DNA of 64,000 nucleotides, taken from NCBI RefSeq assembly GCF_006345805.1, contig NC_043008.1:22072001-22136000 (forward strand). The letters run 5' to 3'. Positions 52,349 to 64,000 of the stretch are shown one piece after another. The notes beneath the pieces were generated by a model that saw only the letters and a list, made by a program, of their open reading frames with translations, ran no database searches and was not told the origin of the DNA. A program made the position numbers and the translations under genes. This DNA is from Octopus sinensis. Taxonomy: Eukaryota. Positions within the stretch are counted from its first letter, which is position 1. Each line of letters starts with the position of its first letter.

Positions 52349-52582
52349 TATATTTTCTATTTGGTCACAGCATCTTTGTGACCAACAGTCACATATATAA
52401 CCTACATTTGGTTCTTTACTGGCTAAATTGGTTTCCAGTTGGTTAAATTTCCAGCTAGCTATCTGTGTTCCATTGGCTATTGCCATCATAATGTATGCGT
52501 GATTGATTAGAACCAAGTAAAACCATTTTACAACTACTTGACCTCTGTTCTCAACAGAGAATTAACATTAGAAAATATATAC

Positions 52583-53021
52583 GTGTGTCTGAGTGTGTGT
52601 GTGTGTGGTGTGTGTGTGTGTGTGTGTGTGAGTGTGTGTTTGTGTCTGTGTGTGGTTGTGTGTTTGAGTGTGTCTGAATGTGTGTGTATGCGTGTGCTCA
52701 TATGTGGTTGCATGTCTGCATGCTTGACTGTGCACTTGTGTGTGTGTATGTGAGTGTGTGTCTGTGTCTGTGTCTGTGTGTGGTTGTGTGTTTGAGTGTG
52801 TCAGAATGAGTGTGTGTACGTGTGCTCATATGTGGTTGCATGTCTGTATGCTTGACTGTGCACGTGTGTGTGTGTGTGTGTGTGTATGTGAGTGTGAGTG
52901 TGTGTCTGTGTCTGTGTGTGATTGTGTGTTTGAGTGTGTCTGACTGTGTGCATATGTGTGTGCTCATATGTGGTTGAATGTCTGTATGTTTGACTCTGCC
53001 CTTGTGTGTGTGTGTGTGTGT
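52583..53021. repeat. TG-rich minisatellite, three ~130-bp units
   Basis: gtgtgctcatatgtggttg.atgtctg.atg.ttgact.tgc occurs three times. Confidence 0.85.
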
Positions 53022-53329
53022 AAACAAGAAGGACATCAATAAAATGAAATGAAATTCAATTACATAATGTGTTATTGATTTGAAGTGGTGTTTGGTGTAT
53101 ATTATTATTATTATTATCACTGGATCCTTCCTCCAGTGTTGCGGGGGAAACATCAATAAAGAGGATGATGAATTAATGACACACAACTAAATATTTACTC
53201 GCTTCTCTTTTAAATGTGTAAAAAACAAAAGACGGAATTTGTTAACAAACAATAATAAACATCCTAAGAGATGTCGGCTGTCATTGCAAAGTATTTTTTA
53301 ATCATCATATACATTTGATTCAAAGCAAA

Positions 53330-53330
<1 letters not shown>

Positions 53331-53362
<32 letters not shown>

Positions 53363-53370
53363 GAGAGAGA

Positions 53371-53401
<31 letters not shown>

Positions 53402-53410
53402 AAGAGAGAG

Positions 53411-53442
<32 letters not shown>

Positions 53443-53444
53443 AA

Positions 53445-53507
<63 letters not shown>

Positions 53508-53530
53508 AAGAGAGAGAAAGAGAGAGAGAA

Positions 53531-53608
<78 letters not shown>
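53331..53608. repeat. (AG)n/(AGAA) polypurine tract
   Basis: About 280 bp of purines only. Confidence 0.95.
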
Positions 53609-54257
53609 GGGGGAGTCAGCTGAAGGTGGCTCAAGAAGAAGAGGGTGTGAAGTTGCAGCTACAAAGTGTATAGAATTCTTTGTATTAACACAAACGGTAT
53701 CTGTGACAAAGAAGCAAGGCTGGAAAAAAAAATTACTCTGTCCATATAAATTTTGTCTTGAATTAATAGTGCATCTGTCTATCTTGTAGTACTGAGATTT
53801 CGATGATGTGGTTGTTTATTTTTTTTAAAATGGTATTTGTAGATTAGGTGTGAGAGGCCAGATAGATCCAGCTGCTTTGAGCACAAGAGCAGTAGCAGAA
53901 TATTTGGGTCAGACATGGCCAGTTTAAGGTTTACTGCGATCCATGGGTGTTCATGCTTCAACCTGTTGAGAGCAGATCATATTTCCTCCTCCTCCTCCTC
54001 GTCCTCATCATCATCATCATCATCATCATATTCACCATCCTCCTCCTCCTCCTCATCATCATCATCCTCATCATCATCATCCTCATCATCATCATCATCC
54101 TCATCATCATCCTCATCATCATCCTCATCATCATCATCATCACCATCACCACCAGCACCATCATCATCATCATCACCATCATCCTCATCATCATCATCAT
54201 CACCATCACCATCCCCCTCCTCCTCCCCCTTATCATCAATCATCATCATCATCATCA

Positions 54258-54850
54258 TTTAGCACTCTGCATCCAAGAGGAATTAGATGCAGTGTGCAAG
54301 AGAGAAGACTGAACTGGTTTGGTAATGTGATGCAGATGGATGTAGACAGCCCCATGAAGAAGTGCCGATCACTCAAAGTGGATGGAACTCATGGAAAAAG
54401 GGAGACCTAGGAAGAGAGGGGACGAAATACTCAAGGCTGGTCTCAGGACACTGAACCTTTCAAAGGAGATGACAAAGGACCAAGGTACCTGGTGCTTTGC
54501 TGTACTCAAGAAGCCCCACCCTCTACAGCAGAAGTGTTAATGCTGCCCCACCCCCTGCTGAAGTGGATTGGTCTGCCAGAGCCCTGTGCTAGTACCATAT
54601 GAAAAGTACCCATGCCTGTGCCATATTAAGGGCACCTGTGCCAGCACCACATAATAGCACCCACACCAGCACCACATAAAAAGAGCTCAGCACACTGTAA
54701 AGTGGTTGGCATTAGGAAGGGCGTCCAGTAATAGAAAGTCATGCTATATTAGACTGGAGTTTGGCACAGCTCCCAAGCTTGCCAGCTCTGGTCAAACCCA
54801 TGGTCCAACCCATGCCAGCATGGAAAATGAACGTTAAAGGATGATGCTGA
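54258..54850 (+). pseudogene. RTE-clade LINE 3' end: ORF C-terminus followed by family C sequence as 3' UTR
   Basis: RGIRCSVQERRLNWFGNVMQM..KVDGTHGK/GRPRKR.DEILK..TW; then the unit array, ttaggaagggcgtccag and aacccatgccagcatggaaaatgaacgttaaa(gat)n. Confidence 0.85.
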
Positions 54851-54891
54851 TGACAACGACAACAACGACAATGACGACGTCGATAACGAGA

Positions 54892-54924
<33 letters not shown>

Positions 54925-55002
54925 GTGGTGGTGTTGATGGTGGTGGTGGTGGTGGAGGTGGAGGTGGTGGTGGTGGTGGTGGTAGTGGTGGTGGTGATGA
55001 TG

Positions 55003-55034
<32 letters not shown>

Positions 55035-55049
55035 GATGATGATGATGAG

Positions 55050-55240
55050 ATGATGATGATGGTGGTGGTGGTGGTGGTGGTGGTGGTGGTGGTGGTGGTG
55101 GTGGTGATGATGATGATGATTTCCATGCTGGCATGGGTTGGACAGTTAGAAAGGAGCTGTGACAAGCCAAAGGACTGCAACCAGGCTCCAATAACTGCTT
55201 TAGCAAGATTCCTACAGGTAGATGCTCACCTTAACACCAG
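55050..55240 (-). mobile_element. Family C 3' end, convergent with the RTE copy
   Basis: tttccatgctggcatgggttggacag...ccaggctccaa at 55120-55191. Confidence 0.6.
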
Positions 55241-55703
55241 CTATTTTTTGCCATCGAAACTGTTGAGCCACAGGATGTATTTCTAACGAGAGACATAACA
55301 AACATCACCGCTTGACAAAAAAACCCACAGTTTTACGATCTTGATTGCAACACCCTAACCACTACGCCAAGCAGCTTTCACCATCTCATCTCTAACAGAG
55401 AGGTTATTATTTCGGAGAGAAAGTAGGGCTTTCATTTGTGTCGTGCCAGGATATCTCGTTATAGTAATCAATCTTTTCCAAGGAAATCAGTCACTGTAAA
55501 TGGAAACAATATAAGAAATGCGAAAAGCAATTAGTTTGTTATTTATTTTTTTAAAGCTAATAACTGTGAGTTATTAATAGCAAAGTCTGGAAACTTGGTG
55601 AAACTTAGATAAACTACATAACTTAATAGACTTGCTTCGGAAATATTATGGAATTGATTAATAGTCCAGGTTCTGCATTTTTTTTTTTTTTCCTCTTTTA
55701 TAG

Positions 55704-55739
55704 TTAGTGTGATGTGAAATGAGTGTTCGAGTTTTTCAG
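55704..55739 (+). other. Candidate 36-nt exon of an unidentified host transcript
   Basis: Long T tract + tttatag acceptor; CAG|gtaatt donor; would encode MSVRVFQ from the ATG at 55719. Motif evidence only. Confidence 0.3.
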
Positions 55740-56224
55740 GTAATTCTTTGGATTATATTTACACATACACGCACACATACACACACATATACACATACAC
55801 ACACATATACACATACATACACATACACGTACACATATGCACAAATTTTGCATGTGATTTATGAAGTAGTGTGAAGCATAGGTTATTTGCATATTTGATG
55901 CATACAAACATGCATACAGACATACGTACATTACATACATGCATGTATGCATACATGCATGCATACATGTGCATGCAAGTGTGTGTATGTATGTATGTAT
56001 ACCAAGAGATATTTCGAGAGTTGTTTTGATGTCTGCCTTTCATCTAATGCATGACGCCTAAAAGCATGAGAGAGGAGGGGGTGTGGGAGATATGGATGAT
56101 GAGTGGTGGTGGTGGTGGGGAGTGTGTTAGGGTACATGCAAGGGTATTTTTCTTCTGTAATACTTCCCAATTGCAGCAAAGGAAACTTACTTAATTCACT
56201 TCACATATGCAGAGATGCATCTAA

Positions 56225-57475
56225 ATATGTATGCCTGCATATAGGTATGTATGTATGTAATGTATGTGTGTGTGTATGTATGCATGCCTGCATATATGTA
56301 TGTAATGTATGTATTATGTGTGTATGTATGTATGTATGCCTGCATGTATTTATGTATGTGATGTATGTGTGTGAGTATGTATACCTGCATATATGTATGT
56401 ATGTGATGTATGTATGTGTGTAGGTATGTATGCCTGCATAAATGTATGTATGTAATGTATGTATGTATGTATGTATGTATGTATGTATGTATGTATGTAT
56501 GCCTGCATATATGTATGTATTTGATGTATGTATGCATGTGTGCATGTATGTATTCTTGCATATGTATGTATATATGTATGCTTGCATATATGTATGTATG
56601 TATGTAATGTATGTATGTGTGTATGTACGTATGTATATCTGCGTGTATGTATGTCTGTAATGTATGTATGTATGTGTATTTGTATGCTTACATGTGTGTA
56701 TGCATGTATGCTTGCATGTACGTATGTATGTGTGTATGTATGTACATATGTATGCTTACTTGTACATATGTATATATGCTTGAATGTATATATGTATGTA
56801 TGTATGCATGCATATGTGTATATACGTAGTGTATGTATGTATATATGTATGCATGTATGTATTTAAGTAATTATGTAACTTATTTATGTATGAATGCATG
56901 CATATATGTGTGTAATCTATGTAATGTACATATGTTTGTATGTATGTAATGTATGTATGTATGTTTGTATGTATGTATATATGTATGTATGAAGGTATGC
57001 ATGTGTGTATTTATATATGTATGCATTGTATACATGCATGCATGTATGCATGTATGCTCTTGGTTAACAAATGCATAGCCCTTGAAGTGTGACATAACAT
57101 AGTGGTTATGTGTCCCAGATAAACTGCACATCATGTCAATATTATTGTCACAAGTTTTCCTGAAACAAATCCAGGCAGCATTATTTTTTGGTAGTCTGAA
57201 CATTTCACAATTTTTCAGGTGTGTTTCTCCAGCTGCTTTGAAGTTGTATGGGAGGTCATTAGGAAGAGGGTACTTCCTGGCGATCTCACTGCCAACAAGT
57301 AGGATGTTGTTCTCTTTGCTTTTCAGCAGAAGGTTCAAATATTTATTTTGCCTACTGTAGTTTAGCAGGTGCTGTCTGAGAGATACTCTAAAATATGCAA
57401 AGGCTGTTGGCACTGATCTCATATCTCTATTTCTTTCATCTCTCCTTGGGCAGAGCCTGTCAATATCACTGTGTC

Positions 57476-57531
<56 letters not shown>

Positions 57532-57653
57532 TCATGTATGTAAGAATGAATCTATGTATGAATAAATGTATGTATGTTTCATGCATGCATGCATGCATTT
57601 ATGTATGTACATGTAGGTATGTATGTTTGAATGTATGTGTGTATGTATATATA

Positions 57654-57688
<35 letters not shown>

Positions 57689-58050
57689 TTGTATGTATGT
57701 ATGTAGGTATGCACATATGTATGTATATAGGTATATATGAATGAATATATGTATGTATATATGTATGAGTCTATGAATGTATGTGTGTATGTATGTATGC
57801 ATGTATGTATGTATGAATGTACATGTGCATGTGTGTATGTATATGTGTATGTATGTATATATATATTATATATATATATGTATGCACATATGTATATATA
57901 TGTATGTATGAATATATGTATGAATGTATGTATGTGCATGTATGTATGTATGCATGTATGTATGTATGTATGTATGTATGTATGTATGTATGTATGTGTG
58001 CATGTGTGCGCATGTGTGTGTGTGTAGATAAATACATTTGTATGCATTTA
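56225..58050. repeat. (TATG)n-based compound arrays, interrupted at 57056-57476
   Basis: Direct reading. Confidence 0.9.
57056..57476 (-). other. Stop-free, non-repetitive ~420-bp reading frame of unknown origin (probable TE ORF fragment)
   Basis: Non-repetitive part of ORF 56880-57422; the frame is also open upstream of the ATG (DTVILTGSAQGDERNRDM). Confidence 0.4.
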
Positions 58051-58249
58051 TGTCTGTACATATTTGGCGTTCATTAGCAAGCTTATTACCTGAAGCTAAC
58101 TAATACTTCATCTCCCGTGGTTAAAAGAATCAACGAATATTAAAGCTGAATTGATTTCAATTATGGAAGATACATGAGTCTAGACGTCAGAGAATATTGG
58201 TGTGACCTTAATGTGTGTGTGTGTGTATGTGTGTATGTGTGTGAGTGTG

Positions 58250-58333
58250 TGTGTGAGAAAGTTCCTGTGTGCGGAGAGAAAGAGAGGTTGTATATATGTG
58301 TGTATGTGTGCGGGCCTATGAGGAATGTTTGTC

Positions 58334-58379
<46 letters not shown>

Positions 58380-58630
58380 TGTGTGTGTGAGGAGGTTCAT
58401 GTGTGGGGAGAGAAGGAGAGGGTGTATATATGTGTGTATGTGAGCATGCCTATGAGGGATGTTTGTCTGTATATGTGTGTGTGTGTGTGTGCTTGTGTGT
58501 GTGAGGAGGTTCATGTGTGGGGAGAGAAGGAGAGGGTGTATATATGTGTGTATGTGAGCATGCCTATGAGGGGGGATGTTTGTCTGTGTATGTGTGTGTA
58601 TGTATGTGTGTGTGTGTATGTGTGTGTGTG
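58250..58630. repeat. Three ~115-130-bp tandem units
   Basis: gtgaggaggttcatgtgtggggagagaaggagagggtgtata...cctatgag repeated. Confidence 0.85.
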
Positions 58631-58750
58631 TAACTGTATATTATTTATGGTTATATATAAAAATGTATGAATCTATGTGTGCCCATTTGTATATATAAAC
58701 AGGGAAAGGCTGAAAAACAGAAACCCTTCCCTAGATCTGTATATATATAC

Positions 58751-58916
58751 AGGCACAGGAGTGGCTGTGTGGTAAGTAGCTTGTTTATCAACCACATGGT
58801 TCCGGGTTCAGTCCCACTGTGTGGCACCTTGGGCAAGTGTCTTCCACTATAGCCTTGGGCCGACCAAAGCCTTGTGAGTGGATTTGGTAGACGGAAACTG
58901 AAAAGAGCCCGTCGTA

Positions 58917-58961
<45 letters not shown>

Positions 58962-59208
58962 ATATTATATATATATGTATGTATGTATATTTTTGTGTGT
59001 CTGTGTTTGTCCCCTTAGCATTGCTTGACAACCGATGCTGGTGTGTTTATCTCCCCGTTACTTAGCTGTTCGGCAAAAGAGACCGATAGAATAAGTACTG
59101 GGCTTACAAAAGAATAAGTCCCAGGGTCGAGTTGCTCGATTAAAGGTGGTGCTCCAGCATGGCCGCAGCCGCAGTCAAAATGACTGAAACAAGTAAAAGA
59201 ATAAAAGA
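58751..59208 (+). mobile_element. Family B SINE, full length, young
   Basis: CpGs retained; complete structure. Confidence 0.88.
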
Positions 59209-59294
59209 GAGAGTATACAAACATACATGCATGCATACATACATGCAATTATGATTATCCATATATACACACATACATCCATAGAGCCATACAT

Positions 59295-59690
59295 ACATCA
59301 TCCTCATCATCGTTGTTGCTTAACATCGGCTTTCCATGATGACATGGGGTGGACAGTTTGACTGAGGACTGGCAAGCCAGCAAGCTGCACCAAGGTCCAA
59401 TCTGATCTGGCAAAGTTTCTACAACGGGATGCCCTTCCTAATGCCAACCACTCTGAGAGTATAGTGAGTGGTTTTTAAGTGCCACTAGCATGGATGCCAG
59501 TCAAGTGACACTGGCATCGGACATGCTTGAATGGTGCTCTTTATGTGCCACTGGTACAAGTGCCAGTCAGGCAGCACTCGTATCAGCCACACTCAAATGG
59601 TGCATTGCACATTCCGCTGGCACAGGTGCCAGTCAGACAGCACTGGCATTGGCCACGACTACGATTTCACTTGGTTCAACAGGTCTTCAC
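59295..59690 (-). mobile_element. Family C with about three internal units
   Basis: Reverse complement of the conserved 3' end and unit array. Confidence 0.8.
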
Positions 59691-59694
59691 AAGC

Positions 59695-59745
59695 ATACAT
59701 ACACATATATAAATACCCATATACATACATACATACATACATACA

Positions 59746-59776
<31 letters not shown>

Positions 59777-60065
59777 CATACATACATACATACATTACAT
59801 ACAATCATACCTACATACATACATACATACATACATACATGCATTACATACATACATACATTATATACATACATACATACATACATACATACATACATTA
59901 CATACATTACATATATACATACATTACATACATTACATACATGCATACATACATACAAACATACATACAAACATACATACATACATACATTACATACATA
60001 CGTACATACATACATACATTACATACATTACATACATACATACATACATACATACATTACATACA

Positions 60066-60096
<31 letters not shown>

Positions 60097-60115
60097 CATA
60101 CATACATACATTACT
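59695..60115. repeat. (CATA)n array
   Basis: Direct reading. Confidence 0.95.
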
Positions 60116-60199
60116 ATATGTGAAGTAAATGCGAATGTATGTTTTAGAGAGAATTTTAAGCGTATGTGTGTTTAAAAACAGGTTCCTGCATATGTGGAT

Positions 60200-60440
60200 A
60201 TGCACAGGCTTAAGTTTGTAGTAAAGAAGTTTGTTTCACAACCAAATGGTTCCTGTTTCTATCTACCAGTATGGAACATTGAGCAAGTGTCTTCTACTAT
60301 AGCCTTGGGCCAAACAAAATCTTGTGAGTGCATTTGATTGATGGAAACTGAAAGAAGCACCTTGTGTGTGTGTGTGTATATATAGATAGATAGAAGGATA
60401 GATAGATATATGGATATATATATATAATTATATATATATA

Positions 60441-60487
<47 letters not shown>

Positions 60488-61022
60488 ATTTATATCGTTG
60501 TTGCCAGTGCCGCTGGACTGGCTCCTGTGCAGGTGGCACATAAAAAGCACCATTTGAACGTGACCGTTGCCAGTACTGCTTGACAGGCCCTCATGCCGGT
60601 GGCACATAAAAGCACCCACTACACTCTCGGAGTGGTTGGTGTTAGGAAGGGCATCCAGCCGTAGAAACTCTACCAGATCAGATTGGAGTCTGGTGCTGCT
60701 GTCTGGTTCGCCACACCTCAGTCAAATGGTCCAACCCATGCTAGCATGGAAAGCAGACATTAAACGATGATGATGATGATAACACTTACACACACATATA
60801 TCTATATGTGTGTCTTTGTCTGTGTTTGCCCCCTATCACTTGACAACTGCTGTAGGTTTGTTTGTGTCTCCATATCTTAAAAGCTCAGCAAAGAGAGACT
60901 GATAGAATTACTACCAGGCTTAAAAACTAAGTGCTGTGATCGATTCATTTGACTAAAAGTTCTTCAAAGTGATGCTCCAGAATAACCACAGTCTAGTGAG
61001 TGAAACAAGTAAAAATTAAAAG
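60200..61022 (+). mobile_element. Old family B SINE with a family C copy (60497-60780) inside its microsatellite slot
   Basis: B 5' half 60200-60360; B 3' half 60805-61022; C between them. Confidence 0.8.
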
Positions 61023-61087
61023 ATAAGCAAAATAGAAAGCCACAATGTCACAGTGAAATTTGTCTTCATTGCGACTTTTTCACTGAA

Positions 61088-61533
61088 GACATGTGGCATA
61101 GTGATTAGGGTGTTATGTTGATGATTGCCAGGTCATGGTTTCAATTCCCAGACTAGGTAGTGTGTTGTGTTTCTGAACAAACCACTTCATTTCACATTTC
61201 TCCGGTCCACATTTCTCTGGTGGCACATAATAGAACCATCCGAACGTGGCCGTTGCCAGCGCCACCACGACTGGCCTCTTAGCCGGATGTACGTAAAAAG
61301 CACCATCCAATCGTGGCCGTTTGCCAGCCTCGCCTGGCACCTGTGCAGGCGGCATGTAAAAAGCACCCACTACACTCACAGAGTGGTTGGCATTAGGAAG
61401 GGCATCCAGCTGTAGAAACACTGCCAGATCAGCCTGGGCCTGGTGCAGCCTCCTGGCTCCCCAGACCCCAGTTGAACCGTCCAACCCATGCTAGCATGGA
61501 AAACGGACGTTAAACAATGATGATGATGATGAT
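61088..61533 (+). mobile_element. Family D-like head (61088-61210) followed by family C (61218-61533)
   Basis: gtggcatagtgattaggg...ttcaattccc...cacttcatttcac, then C units and 3' end. Confidence 0.7.
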
Positions 61534-62064
61534 ACCACTTATATATGGTTGGGAAGTTATCTCCATGACAGACCAGAATCCCATTCAGTGATGTAGAGGG
61601 TTGTCATATTAGTCACTTAAATGCCATAGAAACCAAGTGAAGCTCCTCCCTCAAGGGTCCTAAGACTCATTATTTACACAAGTAAGACGGCCTTTTCTAA
61701 CAGTGTGTCTGGAGAATCACATGGACTGGTCTGAAGTTGTGAACGTAAAGATCTTTGCAGTTCACTAAACAGTCATCCATTGTTTATATTCAACATATTG
61801 GGAAACAGAAGATATTAAGAAGATTCTGATGGAATTTGTTCAGTAATGACGAAATCAATCATTCTCTTTCGGTTTCTTAGTTTTTGTTTTTAATCAGAAG
61901 CTGCCAAAAAGGTCCTCGTGGGAATTAAGTTTTACAGCCAGTCTAAACACGTACTGAATGCTATAACATTATTACCATTGTCATCATCTTCATCATCAGC
62001 ATCATCATCATCATTTACTACCACATGTTATATACATATATATATATAGATATATATATATATA

Positions 62065-62947
62065 TCAATATCTATAATTCTGAAATGCGAAAAGTTTGTC
62101 TCATTTTGGCATTGGAACGGGTTAAGAGGCACTAGATGGGGTCGGATTGACTCCAAAATTTACAGGGACATGTAAAATGAGGTGAGGATGAGAGTGGGCT
62201 AGGTTAGAAATCCCTATCTTAAAAGGTGTGGTTACTAGGGCAAAAACCGCATACTTTAACAAGTCTCCTCCCATTCTTTTATGTGTCTGTCTTCCTCCAT
62301 CTCTCTCTCTCTCTCTCTTCTTTCCTCCCTTCCTTTCACAATCTTTCTATAAAGTCGTTTGATAGCGTCTACTATCTTTCCTCCACCGCATTCAATATTT
62401 TTATGCTTTTTAAACCCTTCGTCGTTATTCTCATTCACTCATTATTATTTTCTCTCTCCCGCTCTCTCTCTATCTATATATATAGAGAAAGATTCTCATG
62501 ATTGTGTGGTGGTTGTGGCGATGATAATTCTCTCTATGAATGCAGACATACGTAGAGAGAGAGAGAGAGAGACGAGTGACAGCGCTGGTGAAGGTGGCAG
62601 AGGAAAGATAGTAGACGCTATCAAACAACATTATAGAGAGAAAGTGAAAGGAAAGGAGAAAGTAACAATGAGTGAATGAGAATAACGATGAAGGGTTTAA
62701 AAAGCGTAAAAATATATTCTTTCTCAACCTACTCAAGATCTTTTGTTGTTTATAAATGGGAGAGAGATAGATAGAGAAAGATAGAGAGTAAGAGAAAGCG
62801 AGGGAAAGTCCGAGAGAAATGAAGAGTAAGAGAGTGGGAAAGGGCGAGAGAAAGGAGAGAGAAACAAAGAGGGAAAATGTGGCGATAAGAAACAGAAAGT
62901 AACAACCACAACCTCACCCGTGCGTAGAGCAGGTCACCTTAAGATAG

Positions 62948-62948
<1 letters not shown>
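62065..62948 (+). mobile_element. Non-autonomous Helitron-like element
   Basis: Starts a|tc...tctataa in (TA)n; subterminal cggattgactccaaaattt; ends acccgtgcgtagagcaggt...atag|t (decayed hairpin and CTAG); no TSD. Confidence 0.5.
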
Positions 62949-62979
<31 letters not shown>

Positions 62980-63007
62980 AAAAAGGAGATGTGGAACACG
63001 AGTTGTG

Positions 63008-63300
63008 ATATATAAAAAAGGAAATGAAGAAAATGCTGACAAAATAATTTAAGTAATTTAATTAGGTGAAAGTTCTTTTTACTGGTTGCGCATTTGTTAT
63101 GCTTATCAAAAGTTTTTCCTCTTATCTGACTTTATGTTGGGTTTGCTGTCTCTTATATGGAGACAGCAAACCCAACATAAAGTCAGATAAGAGGAAAAAA
63201 CTTTTGATAAGCATAACAAATGCGCAACCAGTAAAAAGAACTTTCACCTAATTAAATTACTTAAATTACTTAAATTATTTTGTCAGCATTTTCTTCATTT

Positions 63301-63314
<14 letters not shown>
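63008..63314. repeat. Near-perfect palindrome, ~145-bp arms, 7-nt loop (63153-63159)
   Basis: Arms differ only by one extra A and a 9-bp duplication in the right arm. Confidence 0.95.
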
Positions 63315-63360
<46 letters not shown>

Positions 63361-63366
63361 ATATAT

Positions 63367-63736
63367 ATCTATTATATAAAATCCATTCTGTCTGTCTGTC
63401 TGTGTGTCTTCTAGGATCTCGGGCATCCTCCATCCGATTGCGCTCAAATTTGATATGTAGATACCGACGTGTACAAGTCTTGAAAAAATTACCAATATCG
63501 ATTCCAGGTGAGAATGTGATTGATAAAGCCGTGGGAACGTGCATTTGTAAAATCGTTTTTCTTGGAATAGAAAAAAAAGTCTATCTTTATTTCTTCTTTT
63601 GCTGGTGTCTCAAATTGTGGTTAAATCAGTGTTTCTCAAAAGGGAGGCCTATGGGACGATAGGACAAGTTGTTTTGAGAAAATTTGGTTTAAATGTTTTA
63701 CAACTCAGTACTGTCTATTCGACGGCGGGCATTTTG

Positions 63737-63740
<4 letters not shown>
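63367..63740 (+). mobile_element. Non-autonomous Helitron-like element
   Basis: a|tctattatataaaa, (ctgt)n, ccgattgcgctcaaatttg; 3' hairpin ctgtc(tattc)gacgg then cgggcattttgctca. Confidence 0.6.
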
Positions 63741-63768
<28 letters not shown>

Positions 63769-63772
<4 letters not shown>

Positions 63773-64000
63773 AGACGCAACGAAAATTTTAGAAAATAAA
63801 AATAAGAAATAAGTGGAAATTTTAGCAGTGAGTGTGTTAAATAATAAGGCACTAAAAGAGAATGACTCTCCCCAGACACAACAGAATATGCTTCAACACA
63901 CGAACTCATATAAAGAATCTTGCAAACCAAATCCAAAAACGAAATATATATTCGTTTTGCAAGATTCTTGAAGTGAAATTGTCTGTTGAAACAGATATTG
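63769..64000. mobile_element. Two converging PLE pseudo-LTR-like ends
   Basis: 63769-63945 matches the 14985-15202 family; 63950-64000 is the reverse complement of the end at 2990-3040. Confidence 0.6.

Noticed and set aside
53315-53623. Arg/Glu-rich ORF
   Set aside because: (AG)n tract.

Overview
This is eukaryotic, AT-rich DNA saturated with repeats. I infer an Octopus-like coleoid cephalopod intron or intergenic region from the repeat repertoire; I could not check this against a database. No host gene can be called. Nearly all ORF-track entries are translated microsatellites. Readable content: (1) tRNA-headed SINE families, labelled here A, B, D and F, several with target-site duplications (TSDs). 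(2) An abundant (GAT)n-tailed repeat, family C, which at 54.3-54.85 kb is seen to be the 3' end of an RTE-clade LINE. (3) Dead coding fragments of a Penelope-like element (PLE; GIY-YIG), Dong/R4 elements (restriction-like endonuclease) sitting in (TAA)n, CR1, RTE and a Helitron PIF1 helicase. (4) mariner-, pogo/Tc2- and piggyBac-type MITEs and two non-autonomous Helitron-like elements. Most interesting layer: eight minimal type-I hammerhead-like motifs in short fold-back elements of PLE type, several next to (TA)n or (ATT)n tracts. One of these (48.6-49.8 kb) appears fused to a tRNA-derived Pol III head, making it a candidate PLE-mobilised, ribozyme-bearing SINE. All alignments and folds were done by eye, so repeat boundaries are approximate.
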